A stretch of DNA of 64,000 bases from the NCBI GenBank assembly GCA_050084985.1, contig JBITNC010000002.1:3782001-3846000 (forward strand), read 5' to 3'. Within the stretch, counting starts at the first letter, position 1; each line of letters starts with the position of its first letter. The stretch is from Nageia nagi. Taxonomy: Eukaryota > Plantae > Pinophyta. The position numbers were made by a program, and so were the translations under genes. The notes beneath the pieces were generated by a model, which did not search any database, was not told where the DNA came from, and saw nothing but the letters and a program-made list of their open reading frames with translations. This document shows positions 25,340 to 41,600 of the stretch, in pieces.

Positions 25340-26200
25340 ATACAGGTTAAGGTGCAAATCTAAAGATAAGTTAAGATCTTTCATTGTATCAATAAAAATC
25401 ATTTTTTTCTAGCTCCTACCATCCACTTTGAAGTGTAAGGTCTTACCTTTGATCCACATATGTGAATATGAAGAGTTATTCCTCTTCCTATGGATTGGCT
25501 TGTGCAACTGAGAGTGTAGCGATAATAGTTGCACTTGGCTCATCATCTATGATCCAATTTCCCTTATCGTTAACTAATGGGTGTGTCACATGAAAAGTGT
25601 TAAATGTAAAAGGTTGAGTCTTGATGAGAAGAGACTAAAATTCTTAACATTCATCTTTGGAGTGTTGATCACTTTTACAATAGTCACACACTTTTTGTTT
25701 TTTCTTTTCTATGGTTTATTATCCTATAACTCCTTCTACCTTAAGTTAGGATTGAATGCTTTTCCATATGCTTCCAAATATACTAATGCAATCCATTATA
25801 GTATTTGGGAATCATGTGCTTCTCATAATCCTTTGTATTAAGTTTTATAGTCAAAGAATGCAAAAAATTAGTATTCCAGTACAAAATATTCTTTACCTTA
25901 AATGTATTTGGTAGCATCATATGTATTGATCACCATAGGTGCACATGAAATAATATTCATTTTTTATAGATTTCATGAATTCCTACTATGCATGATGGCC
26001 ATCCTCATCCTGATTGGTTAGGTTTTCCACCAATGCTTAATAGAGAAAGATACTTTAAAAAGTGAAAAGATGGTGTTCTCATTGTCATAAAAGTGATCAA
26101 CATAGAAATAAGAGCACAATTGTTCTAACCAATTTTCAACAACTTCAACAATTATCTTACCTTCAAAAGTTAGAATATCAAAATTTACTTGTCCCATAAG
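25340..26200 (-). pseudogene. Ty3/gypsy gag(-protease) relic
   Basis: Minus translation ...FEGKIIVEVVENWLEQLCSYF...FSIKHWWKT fits the gypsy gag pattern FxG...WLxQLxxYF...WW. Heavily degenerate, boundaries approximate. Confidence 0.5.
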
Positions 26201-29200
26201 GGTTACAGAGTGTTAAATGGATATACTATAGATGTATAAGCATTGAGATCAATCGCTATGAAAATTTACTGCAATATTTGTGAGAACTAATCTCAAATTT
26301 GCTTCTTCTATCTTTCCAATGTTTCATTCACTATTTATTTGAAGGGATCAATCATTTGGATAGTGTTTGTCACCATTTGAGATCGTTTGAGTTGACTAGT
26401 TTTATAGTAGAAAGGAACATGCATTTTAAGCCCAAGTAATTTGTAATATGATCTCATTTGGGGGTACCTACACTCATAAAAAATTTTCTTTAGTACCATT
26501 ACTTTGATGCTTCTCTACATGCTAGCCAAACTATGCTAACAATATTTAGTAAATTAACAATTAAAGGAAATAAGAAAATATAGTATCAAATTTACAAACA
26601 TGAGAAAAAATATGAGTCAAAGGTTTATTATAAAAAATGAAAATAAACTAATTTCAGTTAAAGAATGAATAGAATTGTAGAATATAACCATAGTTAAATG
26701 TTGAAACCTCTAAAAAGAGATGTAAGAACACATAAAACAAAATACTTTGTCAATCTCTATAGAGAAAAATATGGGGATACATGAGTGTATGTTGAAGTTC
26801 TGTAGGTTGAAGATTCTATGTTGTCTCTCTTCTATCTCATAATGTTTCTACCTATAGAGATATATGCAAATTAAATTTTATAAGACTAATTGATGGTTGA
26901 GCTCCCACATGTGACTATTACTAAAGTTGAATTTTTTCAAATAGTTTTTTTATTTTTATTTCATTTTTTAAAATTGATAGAGGTTTGGGAGTGCTAACAT
27001 CATGTGCAAGGCTCAAAAACATTGAAAAGTGAAGAAACTAACATTATCAAAATTCCTTGAAGCTTGAAAGCTATGAAATATATGATTATCAAAGAGCGAG
27101 GAGATTGATATTAAGATGCTAATATTGACTTTGTAAAAAAATTGAAAAGCCCAAACATAATAACATCAAAAGGACCAAAAGATCAAATTGAAGCTATGAA
27201 GGCTTAACTCAAACTAAGACTTAACAAGGTGATATGGCTAAAGAAAAAAAAATGAATCATTTGAATGGAATGAAATGTAAAAAAATAAAAGCCTAAAAAT
27301 ACATTATTGAATCAGAATTGAAAAACATCAGTCCAAAATGTTATCTTGAACTAAAATTATAAATACAAATGGATCCATCTAGATCATTGAAAGAAGAATA
27401 AATACTGCAAAGTATGTAAACAAGCTCAAAGAAGATGAACTAGTGTTACCAAGCATGCATATCAACTAGAAATAATTAATTGCAGAAATCACCATTTATC
27501 AAGTGAAAAATAAATGTTGTTGTAAATAATATGTATGACACTTTCTTTTCCACCATGCATCTTGTATACATAATATGTTATGATTCTAAGAGTTTAAATT
27601 TATTTCTATCATTACAAAAATTATATATTAGGGAATAAAGGTTAGATTTTCAAAAATTTTCATTTTGTCTAATTAGTTGTATTATTTATGAATGCATGGA
27701 TATAAAAGTTGTTAATATTTATGCTTATGATAGTTTCCTAATTGCTTCAATTGATATGTCTATCTATTAGGCTTAACTTTATTATGAAGATAAAATGTTC
27801 ACCTCATTGAATCTCTATCTATTACTTGCATATTGCCTAACTCCACCTACTTAAAATGAGTTGTCTAAGCTAGCAACTTGCTTTTGATTTATCTAAACAC
27901 TATCTATCTCTTATATTAACTTCATATCCCTAACCATTTATGAGCTTTCTTCTCCCCTTAATTTCTAAAGGATTCAACCTTCTTCAAAGGTTGAGTTCAA
28001 GATAGTATTGACTCATCCAACGTACACTTTGATAAAGGGCATGATTATTACCAAAGGTTGATCAATAGTTAAAATTGTGCTTGTGGTTAATTTTGTTCCT
28101 TCTTTTATTTTTGGGATGACTAATTTAAAATTTAATATTAATTTCCACCAATGACTAAAATCGATCGATGGGATTGTAACAAAAATACATATCAAAGGAA
28201 TATTAGAGCATCTAAATCAACTCCAATGAGTAGGAATGAAGAGGAGATAGAGAAAAATAACAATAGGAATATCCATAATACCATATCCAACAAGATAATA
28301 TATAATAACAAGAGTCGACCTACGTGAAGAGTATGGAGGCTCCCCTAGTAGGAGTAATCCTAATGGGTTTAATGGTAATGAAATATCCTACTTTCTAACA
28401 TAAAATAAACCCCAAATTTCACACCATATTTTTTTGTTTAAATAAAACATTAAATGTTCAACTTGGATAACAACATTAACCAGTTCATTCATTTACAACA
28501 TATTTAATAATAAAAGAAAACAAATCCATATTTGTTAAACATAACAACATATTCAATAATCAAAGAAAACAAATCCATATTTCTAATGCAAAATTTGATA
28601 TATACTCAATTACAAAAGTATATCTCACTTTTATCAAGTATATGCATGAATCATTTCAATTTACAACTTTGTAAACAAGTACCATTTTCAAAGTAAACCT
28701 CCATGTTCTTCACCATCCTTGAAATTTTTCGTACCATTCTTGAACTACTAACCACATCCGAGATAAGCAAGTTTTCGGGATCAAAACCAGCTCTTCAAAT
28801 AATATGCATATTTATTTATTTAAATGTGTTTTCATATATTCACATAACATCATGATAAATTCATACCAAATCTATGTGACTAACATTCATGCATAAACAA
28901 CATTCATGCTTCATTAACAATCATTTTGAACAAAGAACATTAAGGCTAACTTGTGAACTCTTCATTGTAAGACTATGATGCATCCTTCTTCACCTTACAT
29001 AACCTTTTAGTCCAAAAATATATAAATGAATCAAACAAATCAAATGTATTTATTTCGAAATTTACAAAGAAACCATGATGCCTACATTCATTGTAACATA
29101 CTACTCTATGATGATGATGGCTTTGAATATCTCATATCAACATTTTCTACAAGGCATCCATATAACATCAAAGTAAATTCAACAATCAAGGACATACTAT

Positions 29201-30559
29201 TTCTAACATACTTCCCTATGTTAGAAAGTATCCTTGTTCACCAAAACTTTCATAATATCAAACATTAAACATGAATCATAATCAATCTTGATCCTTAGAT
29301 TCATAATTAAGGACTTTCCATCATTAGCACTATATCCCATCCTATTCATGACTTCTTGTCCTTACTTTCAAAAGATATCAAGCCAATGTTAATATCAACT
29401 TACTTAAGAATGCTTTCAAGGCAAATAATCGCTTAAGAAACCTTTCCAATGAAGTCCTACATTTGACCATCACTCAAGGTAAACATATTGAGCTATTCAT
29501 AACATTAATAATCAAACTTAATCACCACTACCATCCATTCAAGGTTATTAATAATAAATTTTAAACAATGGTGGCAGTTCATACATGTGACAAACACCAT
29601 ATCTCATGGTTCAAATATTTTTAGTTATTCAAAATTATTAAACATCCATGTCCTGACACTTTTTCCTAAGCTTACTAGCCACATCTTGATTATATTACAA
29701 CCATCCTTAAATGATTCTTTTTAAGCTACATAATTATAATCAAGAAACTATGTCACAACATCATAAATATCATAAATGATATCTATCACCAAAGTTAATA
29801 CATAACACTTTCTTAATTATCAATCCATAGTCATGCCCTAAATTCATCTTAGAAATATTTTGAGTAATTAAACTATTATTCAAAATATTTCCTTAACAAC
29901 AATAACATATTTTAAGTCACTTCCTAGACTTAAAAAGCTCATTAATATTTTATTCTATATCTTTGGGTAATCTTTAATTAACCAAATACATATCTTATTA
30001 AGACTTAGATGAAGATGGTCCTAGTACATATATCTTAGGTTTAAGAATTTTTTATTCAAAAGTGAAAGTTATATATATATATATGAAGATAAATGTTGTA
30101 ATGTTATAAGCGATGGTGGTGGTACTATGACATAGGTTGATGGGCAAAGTTGAAGTATAAAGAATATGATCCTCTACTTCTCAAAGGCATCCTCTACCAA
30201 ATGTTCATACTATATTGATTAGTTTTTCAATGATATAATTAATTATTGATTAGTATCACCTATCATGAATCTAGTATGATACATATGTGGGTACTATAAA
30301 ATCAAACTAAAAAGAATAATTTCCCTTTTAAGTACCATAAACTAGTAGGTCTACATAAGGAATATGTTGCCTATTTATGGTTAGGGCGAGATTATGCTAT
30401 GAAACCATTGATTCAAGTAACAGGTAGTTTAAGGGTCCTCACAATTATGTAGGTAACTCGAGATATGGAAAAAATAAATTTCTAATTCTTAAATAAACAC
30501 ACATGAAAATGATCAGTCTTATGTAAAAAAATGTAGTTTGAAGAAGATAGATCCATTGA

Positions 30560-33000
30560 TAATAAAGTTTGTATCAATCAAAATAATGCAATGTAAAAGG
30601 ACAAGGAAACAAATGAGGAAACAACAAGAAGGAAAAAAATGAGGAACTGATAAAGAAAACAACCAAAGAAGAGGTCAAGAAGGCTCTGTTTGCGACGCAA
30701 AAGGACAAGGCACCAGGACCAGATGGTTTTCAAGCAAGGTTCTTTCAATTAAAATTGAGATATAGTTGGAAATGATATGGTGGAAGCGGTAGCTAAGTTC
30801 TTCAAGAGAGGAAAGCTTCTGAAATCTTATAATGCTACTTTCTTAGTGCTTGCTCTAAAAAGGACCACAACAAAAGAATTAAAAGACTTTAGACCTATAA
30901 GCCTTTGCAATATTGCATATAAAGTAATCACAAAAATTTAGTCAGAAAGGCTAAAACACTTCTTACCAAACTTCATTTCAAAGGAACAAAATGATTTTGT
31001 TAGTGGGATACTAATAACATATGGCATCATTCTCATGCATGAAATGCTACGTTCAACAAATGAAAGAAAAGAAGAGATGATGGTGCTAAAACTAGATATG
31101 GAGAAGGCCTATGATAGAGTTAATTGGGACTTCTTGGAATTAGTCTTAAAAAGATTTAGCTTCAAGGAAAAATGGAGGGAGTGGATTAGATAATGCATCT
31201 CAACACCTAAGTTCTTTGTGATTGTTAATGGGGAATCAATTGGTTACTTTGAAGCAAAAAGGGGCCTTAGACAAGGAGACCAAAAATTGCATGATCTCTT
31301 CATTATCATGACGGAAGCTCTAGGGAGAGCTATTAAACAAGAACAAAGAAAAGGAAACGTTAGTGGAATTAAGCTAGCAAAATAAAGTATAACTATTACC
31401 CATTATCATTTTGTTGACAACACCATCTTGGTAGGGAAAACATAGAAGAAACAAGCCAAGATTTTAAAAATGACTCTAAGAAATTATGAAAGAGCTTCAC
31501 ATCAATGTACAAATCTCCAAAAAATAAAGGTGTTCTTTATGAACACTATTAGAGGGAAACAAAAAAAATAGCAAAAATGTTTGGCTGCTTGATTGAAGAC
31601 CTTCCAACAAGGTACCAAGATATATGTCTCTCTTCGTAGGAAGACTCACTACTGATCATTGGGATAAGCTGGTAAGTAAAACCAACAATAAATTGGCAAG
31701 ATGGAAAGGTAAAATTTTAACTTATGCTGCTAGAGTGTTATTAATAATACATATGCTATAAAGTATTCCTATTTACCATATGTTAGTGTATAATATGCCA
31801 TAATCTATAATTAGCAAAATAGACAAAGTCTATAAAAGATTCCTATGGGAAGGAGATGGGGAGAGGAAAAAATTCTCTTTAGTGGCCTAGAGTAAAATAT
31901 GAAAGGAAAAACAAAAAGGGGTACTTGGTCTAAGGAGAATGAAGCATCTAAATCTAGCATTCAAAAGTAAAATGGTATGCAAGATTGTAGTAGAAGAAGA
32001 CAGAGTGGATAAAAGCATGTAAGGTAAAATATATGGAGAACAATAATCATTTTCTCAGAATAGTCAATCCCCCTCAGGATCACCCTTTTGGAATGGAATC
32101 ATTAAAATAAGGGATTAAATAGGGAGGAAAGTCAAATGGAAAACTGGTAAAGGAGATGAAACTTTCTTCTGGGAAGACTCATGGATTAGGGATAATCCAC
32201 TTATGTGCTAAAAGAATTTGGAGTAGGGAGCAAAGTGGATGATAACAAAGCAAGGAGCAATGATAGGAGACTATTACTTGAAGCAAATAGCTACGTGATA
32301 CATAAAAGAGCATCCACAAACATCTATAAGATCTGAAATTGACAAGGTGATGGAAGAATTATATAAGAATGGAATAGAGATAAATAAAGAAAGAGACAAT
32401 CCAATGTGGACCATATCAAAGTAGGGAGATTTTAATATTAAAGATGCAATAAACTGGCTAACGAATAACAAAGAGAGACTAATAAGGAACCATCGAAAAG
32501 AGTTTGCAAAAGTGGTTTAATACCTAATATATCCTTTTTCATGTGGATTCTGGCCTAAAATAAGCTAACCACTATTGACACTTTACAAAAAAAGGTATGG
32601 TAATCCCTAATAAATGTAGTTTGTGCCATAGAGAAGAGGAATCAGAGAACCATATTTTCAAACACTACAACCTTATGACATAAATATGGAATGAAACAAG
32701 AAAGGAGTTCCAATTTCAAGGAATGATGCTAGAGAAGATTTTAGATATGATATTATAGTGGAAGTCAATCAATGGAGATGAAAAAAAAGAGAAATACCAA
32801 GTACTTCTCCGTAGCTCACACCTTGTGGCATATCTGGAAGGAAATAAATGAAAGAAATTTCAATAGAAGAAGAAGGAAAGCCATGTGTATTTATAGGGTG
32901 GCATCAATAAGGGCAACAAAAAACTATGAAGCATGTGTAATAAGGAAGATGGTTGACAAGATGGAGCACAACAAGGTGGAGGTTGGGGATGCAAAAGGAG
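30560..33000 (+). mobile_element. 5'-truncated LINE (L1) ORF2 remnant: RT and zf-RVT
   Basis: EEVKKALF...KAPGPDGF, DFRPISLCNIAYKVITK, LKLDMEKAYDRVNWDFL, GLRQGD, HFVDNT (degenerate FADD), CSLCHREEESENHIF and LWHIWKEIN. Many stops. The 3' UTR may extend to ~33700. Confidence 0.9.
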
Positions 33001-34499
33001 GTTCTAAGGCCTTAAATTAGGGATCTTGTCTTCAATGGAAATAAGTAAATTCTTTGAAGTTTGAAAATAGTGCTAGGAAAGACCCTTGTTTTAATTTTTA
33101 TCGAAGTCTAGATTTGTAGATTGCAACTTTAAACCTTAGATGCCTTACCTTAGGAAAAACAGAAGGTAAGGGGTCAAATCAATGAATCTTTAGCTAAAAT
33201 TTGATCTCAACTAGTGAAGGTTTATTTTTTCGAAAAAGCCATGTGTTGATAGACCTTCGTTCCCTTGTTGAAAAAATTAAGCAAGGAAATGATAGCTGGA
33301 GTAGATGTCTTTTGATGTAGAAGTATTTCTTGGCCTTTGAAGCATGGTGTTTAGTGTTTTGTTTGGTGTTTTGAGCAAGAATGGTGTGCACATAGATTCT
33401 ATAAATGGAGTTGAGAAGCTTATATTTAGGCTTTATTTAGTTTCTATGTTGTCTAAAATAATCAACTAGTGACATAGGAGATCTTGTACTGGCATTGGGA
33501 AAGTAGTTCTTGATTTTCATTGATTTTTAAATGTGCAAAAGTAGTAAGTTTACTCTCAATTTGGGGATGTTGATAGAATGCAAGATTTTGTTTAGTGTAA
33601 ATATCATATGTATGTTGATACTTCACTTGTGAAGGTTTGTGAAGAACCTTAGAACTTCACATTTTTTTTTATTATTACAAAATTAACCCATTAATTAAAA
33701 AAATAATGCAATTCTTAAGATGTATATGAATCTTAAATAAACATTATAGGTTGAGTTCCCTTATAACAAGGATCAAATTTCCAATCTACCATGTTGGTGT
33801 TAATCATTATAATAGTTTCGTTTAGATTTATTTTATGTATCTTCTAGCCTTTTTTGCATCTCCCCCTTACGTTACAACACTGATAAATGATATGTTACAT
33901 TAAATATTATTTTCAATACATATTTTAATTATAAAGGTTGGTTAGTATTCCTAATAAGACCATTGGTTAAGCTTCTTGTCATTTATTAGGCACCTAGAAC
34001 TTTTATCTATTAATGTAATAAATAAGCAAAAATGATTGATATAAAAAATATATTTTTTGATCATGAATAAATGTAGAGCATCATATACTAAATATCATTA
34101 GAAATAGTGTTAGTAAATAAAAAAGTCAAGAAGAAGAAGCATCTTTGTCAATAGTTGACAAAGACAATAAATGTTAATCTGGTGAAAGACATACAATAAT
34201 TGGGATATTGATAACCCTCTAATGGTGATGACATTAAAGACATTTTGATGAGGGAATATGCTATGAAAGTATATATTAATTATCCACTACTGATCTTAGC
34301 ATCCTAACTTGGATTAAGGCTTTTGAGATGATTTTGTTAAGCTTCATACTAAGCTTTCATCATTAAGGAAGAAATGAAATTTCTATGGGTTCAAATATTT
34401 GCATGGAGACATGATCTCCTAATTATCATGTTTGAAGTGTCACTCTTACTCATTTTGTTATTCATATGATTTATCTCAATCCTCAAGTTATAGTTAGGA

Positions 34500-37400
34500 A
34501 AATGAAGGCAACCAAAATCATTATATATGAAAAATAAGTCAAAAAGAGAAACAATAAGTAAAAGAATGATATTATAACATCAAAATATATTTTATAGTAG
34601 CCTTAAAACACCATGCATAATAATAATAGTAAAAAGAAAACAATTTTATTATCATAAATAGATAAATAAACCATGAAATATTCACTTCACAAATATGTTA
34701 ATCATTTACATTTTATATGATGTTTTATCATTTCATAAACAAATGTCAAACTTAGGTATCTAAGGAAAACCTTTTCCTAAGTTGCCTTAAGTAATAGTAT
34801 TAAAGGTAACATAAAGTCACCTAAGTAGTACTAGTTACCTAATATCCCGTTATAGGATTATATAGGGTAAGAAAGAAAGTTGGTCATAATGCCTAACATA
34901 ATCCCCTTTTGATAACAACTTTTGAGGACATCATTCTAAACTATGATAGAAAAATTTCAACTCTTTCCATGATTATGCGGTACAAATACTTGAAGATATC
35001 AATGAAAATTAATAACCATGCAATGGCCTTTGACGTTCTTTTCAATTGAACCTTCAAAGTATTTAAGTGAAGTAAAAATGAACTTCGACCACTTAGAAGA
35101 ACAATACACCTCAAAGACTGCAAGATAGTCTCCTACATGTGTAGCTCCATCAAACTATGGGAATATTTAAAGAACATAGAATAATAAAAATAATAAAATC
35201 CAAGTATATGCTTCATGGTCTTCATCACTTGAATATAACTAAATTTGTCTCCTCTTAATAAGGTGTATGGGGGAAATTGGGATTAGTACATAACCTTATC
35301 AACCATAATGCTAAAAATGAAAATGTTTCTTTGAAAATAAAATAAAAAATAGAACAATAAGTCTTCATAGTGAATAAGTTATAATTCTTTATGAAAGGAA
35401 CATCAAATTTTCATGTCATGATTTGTATTAAGGAGTCCCCAATTGAAAAATTGAATCTTACATCATGAAAGGAAGTTTCACACCTTTTCATACTTTTAAA
35501 GTGACTCAATATCCTATCTCTCAATACTAAATAATTGAAAGCTGATATAAGAGGAATGAATACCTCCAAGGATAAAATAATATTTAAGATGTTTACCTTT
35601 AAATGGATCTAGTTCATTGTCCCTTCAATTAGAAATATCATTATCAATTCGATCAAAAGAAATACTAACATATGTCCATCACTACAAAAAATAATAAATA
35701 GAAAGGACAAATAAATATTCTCCTTTTACCCATGAAAGAGACAAAAGGAACAACCAATCAAGAGTCACTTATCTACCTAATATAGTTTCAAATACTAAGA
35801 TCCCAATTTTTTCGACATTGAATTTTAACTTAGCCCACTTCCTCTTCAAGTGGACTCAACTTCTTGCTTTCACCCATATGGCTCCTCATGAATGGTTTGG
35901 AGGTCTTTCACATACTTAACTAAATCAATGGATATGTTTGAAAGATCATCATAAGTATCTCTCACCATAACAGAAGAATTAAAACTAGATGCCTCAACAT
36001 CATTATAATTATTATAAAAAGAGGATTCCCTAACATATAAATCAACATCATTAGATGTGAAATTTTTCCTTAACTTTAGCTACATGTCCCTAACACTCTT
36101 AGGTTATCATCAAGATATTTTATATCACCCTTGACATATCTCAATAAACTTATGCATATATTTGTGTAGTCATTCTCTTCATCATTTAGATCTTGAGGCT
36201 TAAGGAGCTAATAAATTCATAAGGCTATCCTTATTATGTCACTATTAAACTAGATAGTACAAAGTAGCAACATCTTCTCCTCTTAATGATAAATAATGCA
36301 CTTCGATGAATATATAATTTAGACTAAATCCTTCACTCATTTTCCTATCCATATACTCCTAAAACTATTTACATATTGAAAATGTGTATGTATAATTTGA
36401 TAAGTTTTGCTAAAATGGATAGCTTATGCTTAAAGTGTTAATGGATAGATACAAGTGATGCTTTTGATGAATTATTTGTATTAGCTACTAATTGTATATG
36501 TTTTGGTGTATTGGATGGTTTTTATAGTCTATAAGATGATGTTTGGCAATATTATAGAGTGTATTACACAAAAATGGCTGTGAAACGATTATTATGGAAT
36601 ACATGTACAAACCCGTCCATAGAAATCCGAAAGCACCAGAATGATGAAGATCACAACTCAACAACATCATGGACAACTCTTAAGATTAATGGAACTCTTA
36701 CTACTATATTTGGTCAACTACTCAACCCAACTAATTCATATTCTTGTGGGGTTTCAACCTTATAAGGAATAATATTCTACAGGCTAAATATAAACAATAA
36801 TAATAGTCCAAGACACTTAGTCAACCACATTCTGCAGATAGTACCACAAAAATGATAGTTAAAAGGCAAAATGGAAAGCTGGCATAATTGATCCCTATTC
36901 TTGTGGGATATTGAACTCATCCACAAATCTAAATATTGTTAAGAGGTGTATGATTTTTAGCAAAAAGGAATAATTATTTTCTTTGTTTAGTGTTCTATAG
37001 TTAGCAGAATAAGGATCCAAGCATAGGATAAATAAAGCATGGAATCCATTGTATGAGAGTTTTTTTAGTTCAACTTAGTTGGAGGTTTTAGTCTAAGTTT
37101 TAGCTACAATCATTTATAACCATTTCTGAAGACACACTATTTGACTGTAATGACACAACCAATGTTTTGAAATCAATAAAGCTTTATGTTCTTCATATTA
37201 TCTTTTATCTTGTGAGTATGATGATTGTAACATGATGCATTGAGTTGAGCTAGTTTCAATTTCAATATAAGGGAAAGAACAATATACTGGATTGAACTTG
37301 GCAAGGGCCCACCAAGTTCATCCAGTCCCTAAAGTCTCTTCCCCATAGGTTTAGAATGTAAATAGAATTTCTTCTTGTTTGTTTTAATTTTATTTTGATT

Positions 37401-38600
37401 TCTTTCTTGTATTTATTTTGATTGCAATTGTTTGTTGGCCATAATTGTAGATTTGCAATAGGTTTGCTATCATGTTCATTTGCTTTTAAAGTATTTTATG
37501 CTTTCTTAGAAGCAGAACCACTCAACAAATTCAAGAAATGATATTGGCTCATATAGAGCACTGGACCTTTTAAATTGAATCATGAGTTGATTTAAAAGTG
37601 AAAAGAATTTTCTTCTTCGTACGAGTGAACCCTTGCAAGTTTTGAGTACCAACTCCTCAGAGCTAATTGGTCCATTCCTGTTAGACAGATCATAAAACTT
37701 CATTGAAAGAAGATTAACAACACCTGAGTTGTAAGTAATTGAAAAGCTCATCACACTTAAAACATTTTTCATGGTATTCAAAAAATTAATCTAAAATATC
37801 ATGCAAAGTGATTGAAGAATGGACAAGAAAAACTACTTTTGGATCTAAGGAGATAATTTTATGCTTTTTTCCAAAAGGAGAAGAGATTGAAAATCCCTCG
37901 CAATATATTTGAATTCTTACAGAAAAATTATAATCCAACACTTGTTTCAAATTGAAAAATGAATATCTGATGTCCAAAAATGGGCATTTCAAAGTTTTCA
38001 AATATAAAAAATATTATAAGGATAAGAGGGGCTAATATTCCCATACAATACCTCAAAATACAAATTTTCATATAAAAATGAATTCCTAATGTGCAAAAAT
38101 GGGCCTTCTAATTATTTTGTAAAGAAAAGTTGATTTAGAGTAAGAGGGGTTGATATTCCTTCAAACTAACTCAAAATATAGATTCCTTGCAAAAAATGAG
38201 TTCCAATGCCTCTTCCAAATAAAAAAATAAATTACTTAATTGCAAGAATGAACATCTAATAAAGTGAATGAGAAGGCTTAAGAAATTAGAGCTCTCATAC
38301 CAAGTTGACAAAACAAAAATAACCAAAACTAAATGACACCTAAGAAATCACTATTAAACATGAAAAAATAGTTGAAAAGATAAATGTGAAGAAAACAAAT
38401 AGGTTGCAATCCTAAAATACCATAATAGTTGATGATTTTATATAATAAGAGTCCATCATTATCATAAATAGGTAAATAATCATTATATATATATGAAAAA
38501 TTATCATTTATATATATGAAAAGTTATCATAAATAGGTAAAGTAATCATTATATATATATGAAAAATTATCATTTAAAAAATAAATATACACCTTGCGTA
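34500..38600 (-). mobile_element. degenerate LTR element relic without recognisable coding region
   Basis: Minus-strand PPT/LTR junction AAAGGGGGATTA-TGTTAGG (LTR start 34898). PBS TGGTATGAGAGC at 38291..38302. Patchy similarity between ~34515..34680 and ~38400..38500. These may be two different elements. Confidence 0.35.
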
Positions 38601-41600
38601 GTACTTTCAAAACTAATGGTGATGGTAAATTTTTTAAGAGCAATGGCATTATTGAATCTCACAATCCATGATGGTATACACCTCGCATAGTACTTTCAAA
38701 ACTAATGGTGATGGTACATCGTTTAAGGATGATGGTGTATGTTGTCTATGTTTGACAAAGGTAATGTACATTGCTACGAGAAAAAATGTGAACTCTAACT
38801 TTTCATCTCTTGGCTATACATGTTATAGGCTTATCAAGTAGTCAAATGTTTAAGTCATTTTTAGGATCAATCATGAAGGATAGATATGCTTATATTGGTG
38901 TGGTAAATTGATACATAACATTACCTTTTTTTGGTCACTTGTAAGAATTATACGTATTGTAAGTTAATTGAGTAGTCAAATATTAATGCTATAGCAAATA
39001 CCAACTCTTAGATCAATTATAAAAGCTAGACATATTATAGGGCTTATTGAGAACTTGGATGTTAATGTTGTAGAATTGACCTTCTTATATTCATTACAAA
39101 GGCTAGACATATCAAATATGGTAAAGTCAATTCATATTATTATTTTAATATCAATCTTATTTTAAACCCAATTGCAAATTCTATACACACTACATACTTA
39201 TCAAGAACCTACGTGTTGATGACCTAATATTGATGTCCTTCTTATATATATTCTATAATATATATACATATTAAATTATCTCATTATAACAAGATATCTA
39301 TTACGCTTAAACAACCTTTAATTTAACTATATTTCTTTAATGTATAAGAAAATAAAAACTATACAAACCAAAATGATATAAAAACATCAATTTTAAAACA
39401 TACAAATTATCTAATGATAGATACTCTAGTGGTGGGTCTGAGTCTGAGTTTGATTCCAACCAGATCTCAAGTTTAAGTAATTGAAGAATGGAGGATGAAA
39501 ACCCTTGTAAAACCCTATAATGTAAATCCTATTGATACAAATAAACATACAAATTAAATCTAAAACAATGTAAAATCTAAGATAACAAAAAAAAATATTT
39601 ACTTATAATTAAATAAATAATTATAAAAATAAAATAATTATATATTATATTATAACCTTTTAAACTTAAATGGTTAAGACGTGTGTTCCATGAAGGAAGG
39701 AGATGGACATGGTATAACCTTAAAACCATTTACTAATATTATTATTTCTAAAATCTTATTGTAGATTTAATCAAATAGTTTAATTACATCCTTCTTCTTA
39801 GATCAGCTTACTCAACATTAGTTAAGAAAGGCTTGAAGGGATCTTCTATCCATAATTTTGTTATCCTTGTTCTCACATTCATATCCACCACTAGACTTCT
39901 ATTAGCTGGACAGTTCTAAAATGAATCACGTCTCAAAATAATGCAGTTTATATTCTTATTTTATCACACTTAAATAAAAGGCATGAAAATTTGATATCCT
40001 TGCTTGATTTGATCATGGGCAATTTTTCGTGGCCTTAGAACTGCCATCAATCTCATCACCTTTGCTGTAAAACAGTTCGTATTACACAAATATATTACGT
40101 CAGAGGGTAATGCTTCTATCTCTTCAATAATCAAGACGAATATGAATATGTCGATCTAATCATGGTGCCTGAGTGTAAAAAATCTTCACTCCATAGTATA
40201 GCAATATCCGATTCGATATGTTCAGTACAATGTTTCCTTCTTTGCTCACGTTATCGTATCAGTTCATTAGACATTGTGGGCTTTTCCTTTTCAAGACAAA
40301 GGAAGCCATGTAGTCAGAAACTGATCATGGCTGTCTATTCTAAAGTAAAGATTCAAAGAAGGAAACCGAATACTTTATTGTACAAAGGATGACCAATAAA
40401 AGACCAAGATGCTCACTTCATGCCTATCACATAAATGATTTACCTTTCTTCTCCCCTAGGAAAATATAAATTCTATAAAAGAAAGAAAGGAAGTCATCGA
40501 CATTTATGATCAAACCATGCAATCCACCATCAGGGTATGACACCAGTACAATAGCCACCAACATATCTTTAATTCTTTCATTTATTTTGCATTTAACTCT
40601 AGAAATTTCTCTGTAATCAGTATTCTGAATTGTGGAAATTAAATAAGATGTTCACATTTAAATACTTATTGTTTTCCAACTCTAAACAGAAGATTTCGAC
40701 ATTCCAATCTGGATGAAAAGTTATACTTCAACTCGCTAAACTAGCCATGCATTACTATCTTGTCTGTACTCTCTCTCTATATTTGATGTCTTAATCACTC
40801 ACCATTGTTCCTTTCAAATATTCTAAACCGCTGTCATACTTCTCTATAGTCACATAGAATTATTCATCTCCAATATGTTCTATTATTCTATATCACTGTC
40901 AAATTTTCGATAGTTTGGGTTTATCCATCACTTGTGTAGTAAATAATGGTACCCAAAATAATGAGAAATAATAATCAAAGTCGGATTAAATATCTATATC
41001 ATAATGTTGGATAAGCCCTTCTGTTACATATGCGCAGCCCAGATTATGGAAATCCTCTTTGAAGTGGATTATTGCTCAAGGAAAATGATAGAATAGCCAA
41101 CCAGAAACGGGTATTGACTTTAAGCTGCAATGGGTTATGACAAGAACTTAATGCGAATATTTTGTGGGTAAAATTGATAGCCTACCTACGAACTAATTGT
41201 GTAGTAAATGCACTGTATTAAGTGGTAGAGTTAAAAACTGTACGTGTGAATGTGCTTCTGAGACCTCTAACATGTGATAAGGAAAGTCCTCCATATCTTT
41301 TGTAAAATTACATCATCATCATCCTAAAACTTATTGCAATCTCGAAGGGAATATCTTTCAAAAGCTGTTATCATTTAAAGAGGTTTTTGATCACATTCAA
41401 TACCGAGAATATTGTTTTCCCAGTACATATTCATCTTTTGACTGGGCTTTTGATTCTTTGAAAATGCTTTCCGCTTCCACACGAACGGGTCTCAAATCTG
41501 AAGGACTCCAGAGATGCTTTAAATCTCCCAAAGTTTTCACTCATTCCAAGGAAGTAAAGATTAACATCTTTGGCAACTTCCGTAGTATGCATTTTAAAGC

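Noticed and set aside
27090-28016. Possible Sirevirus-type PPT plus LTR (AAAGAGCGAGGAGAT-TG)
   Set aside because: Motifs are too degenerate, and no partner LTR or TSD is present.
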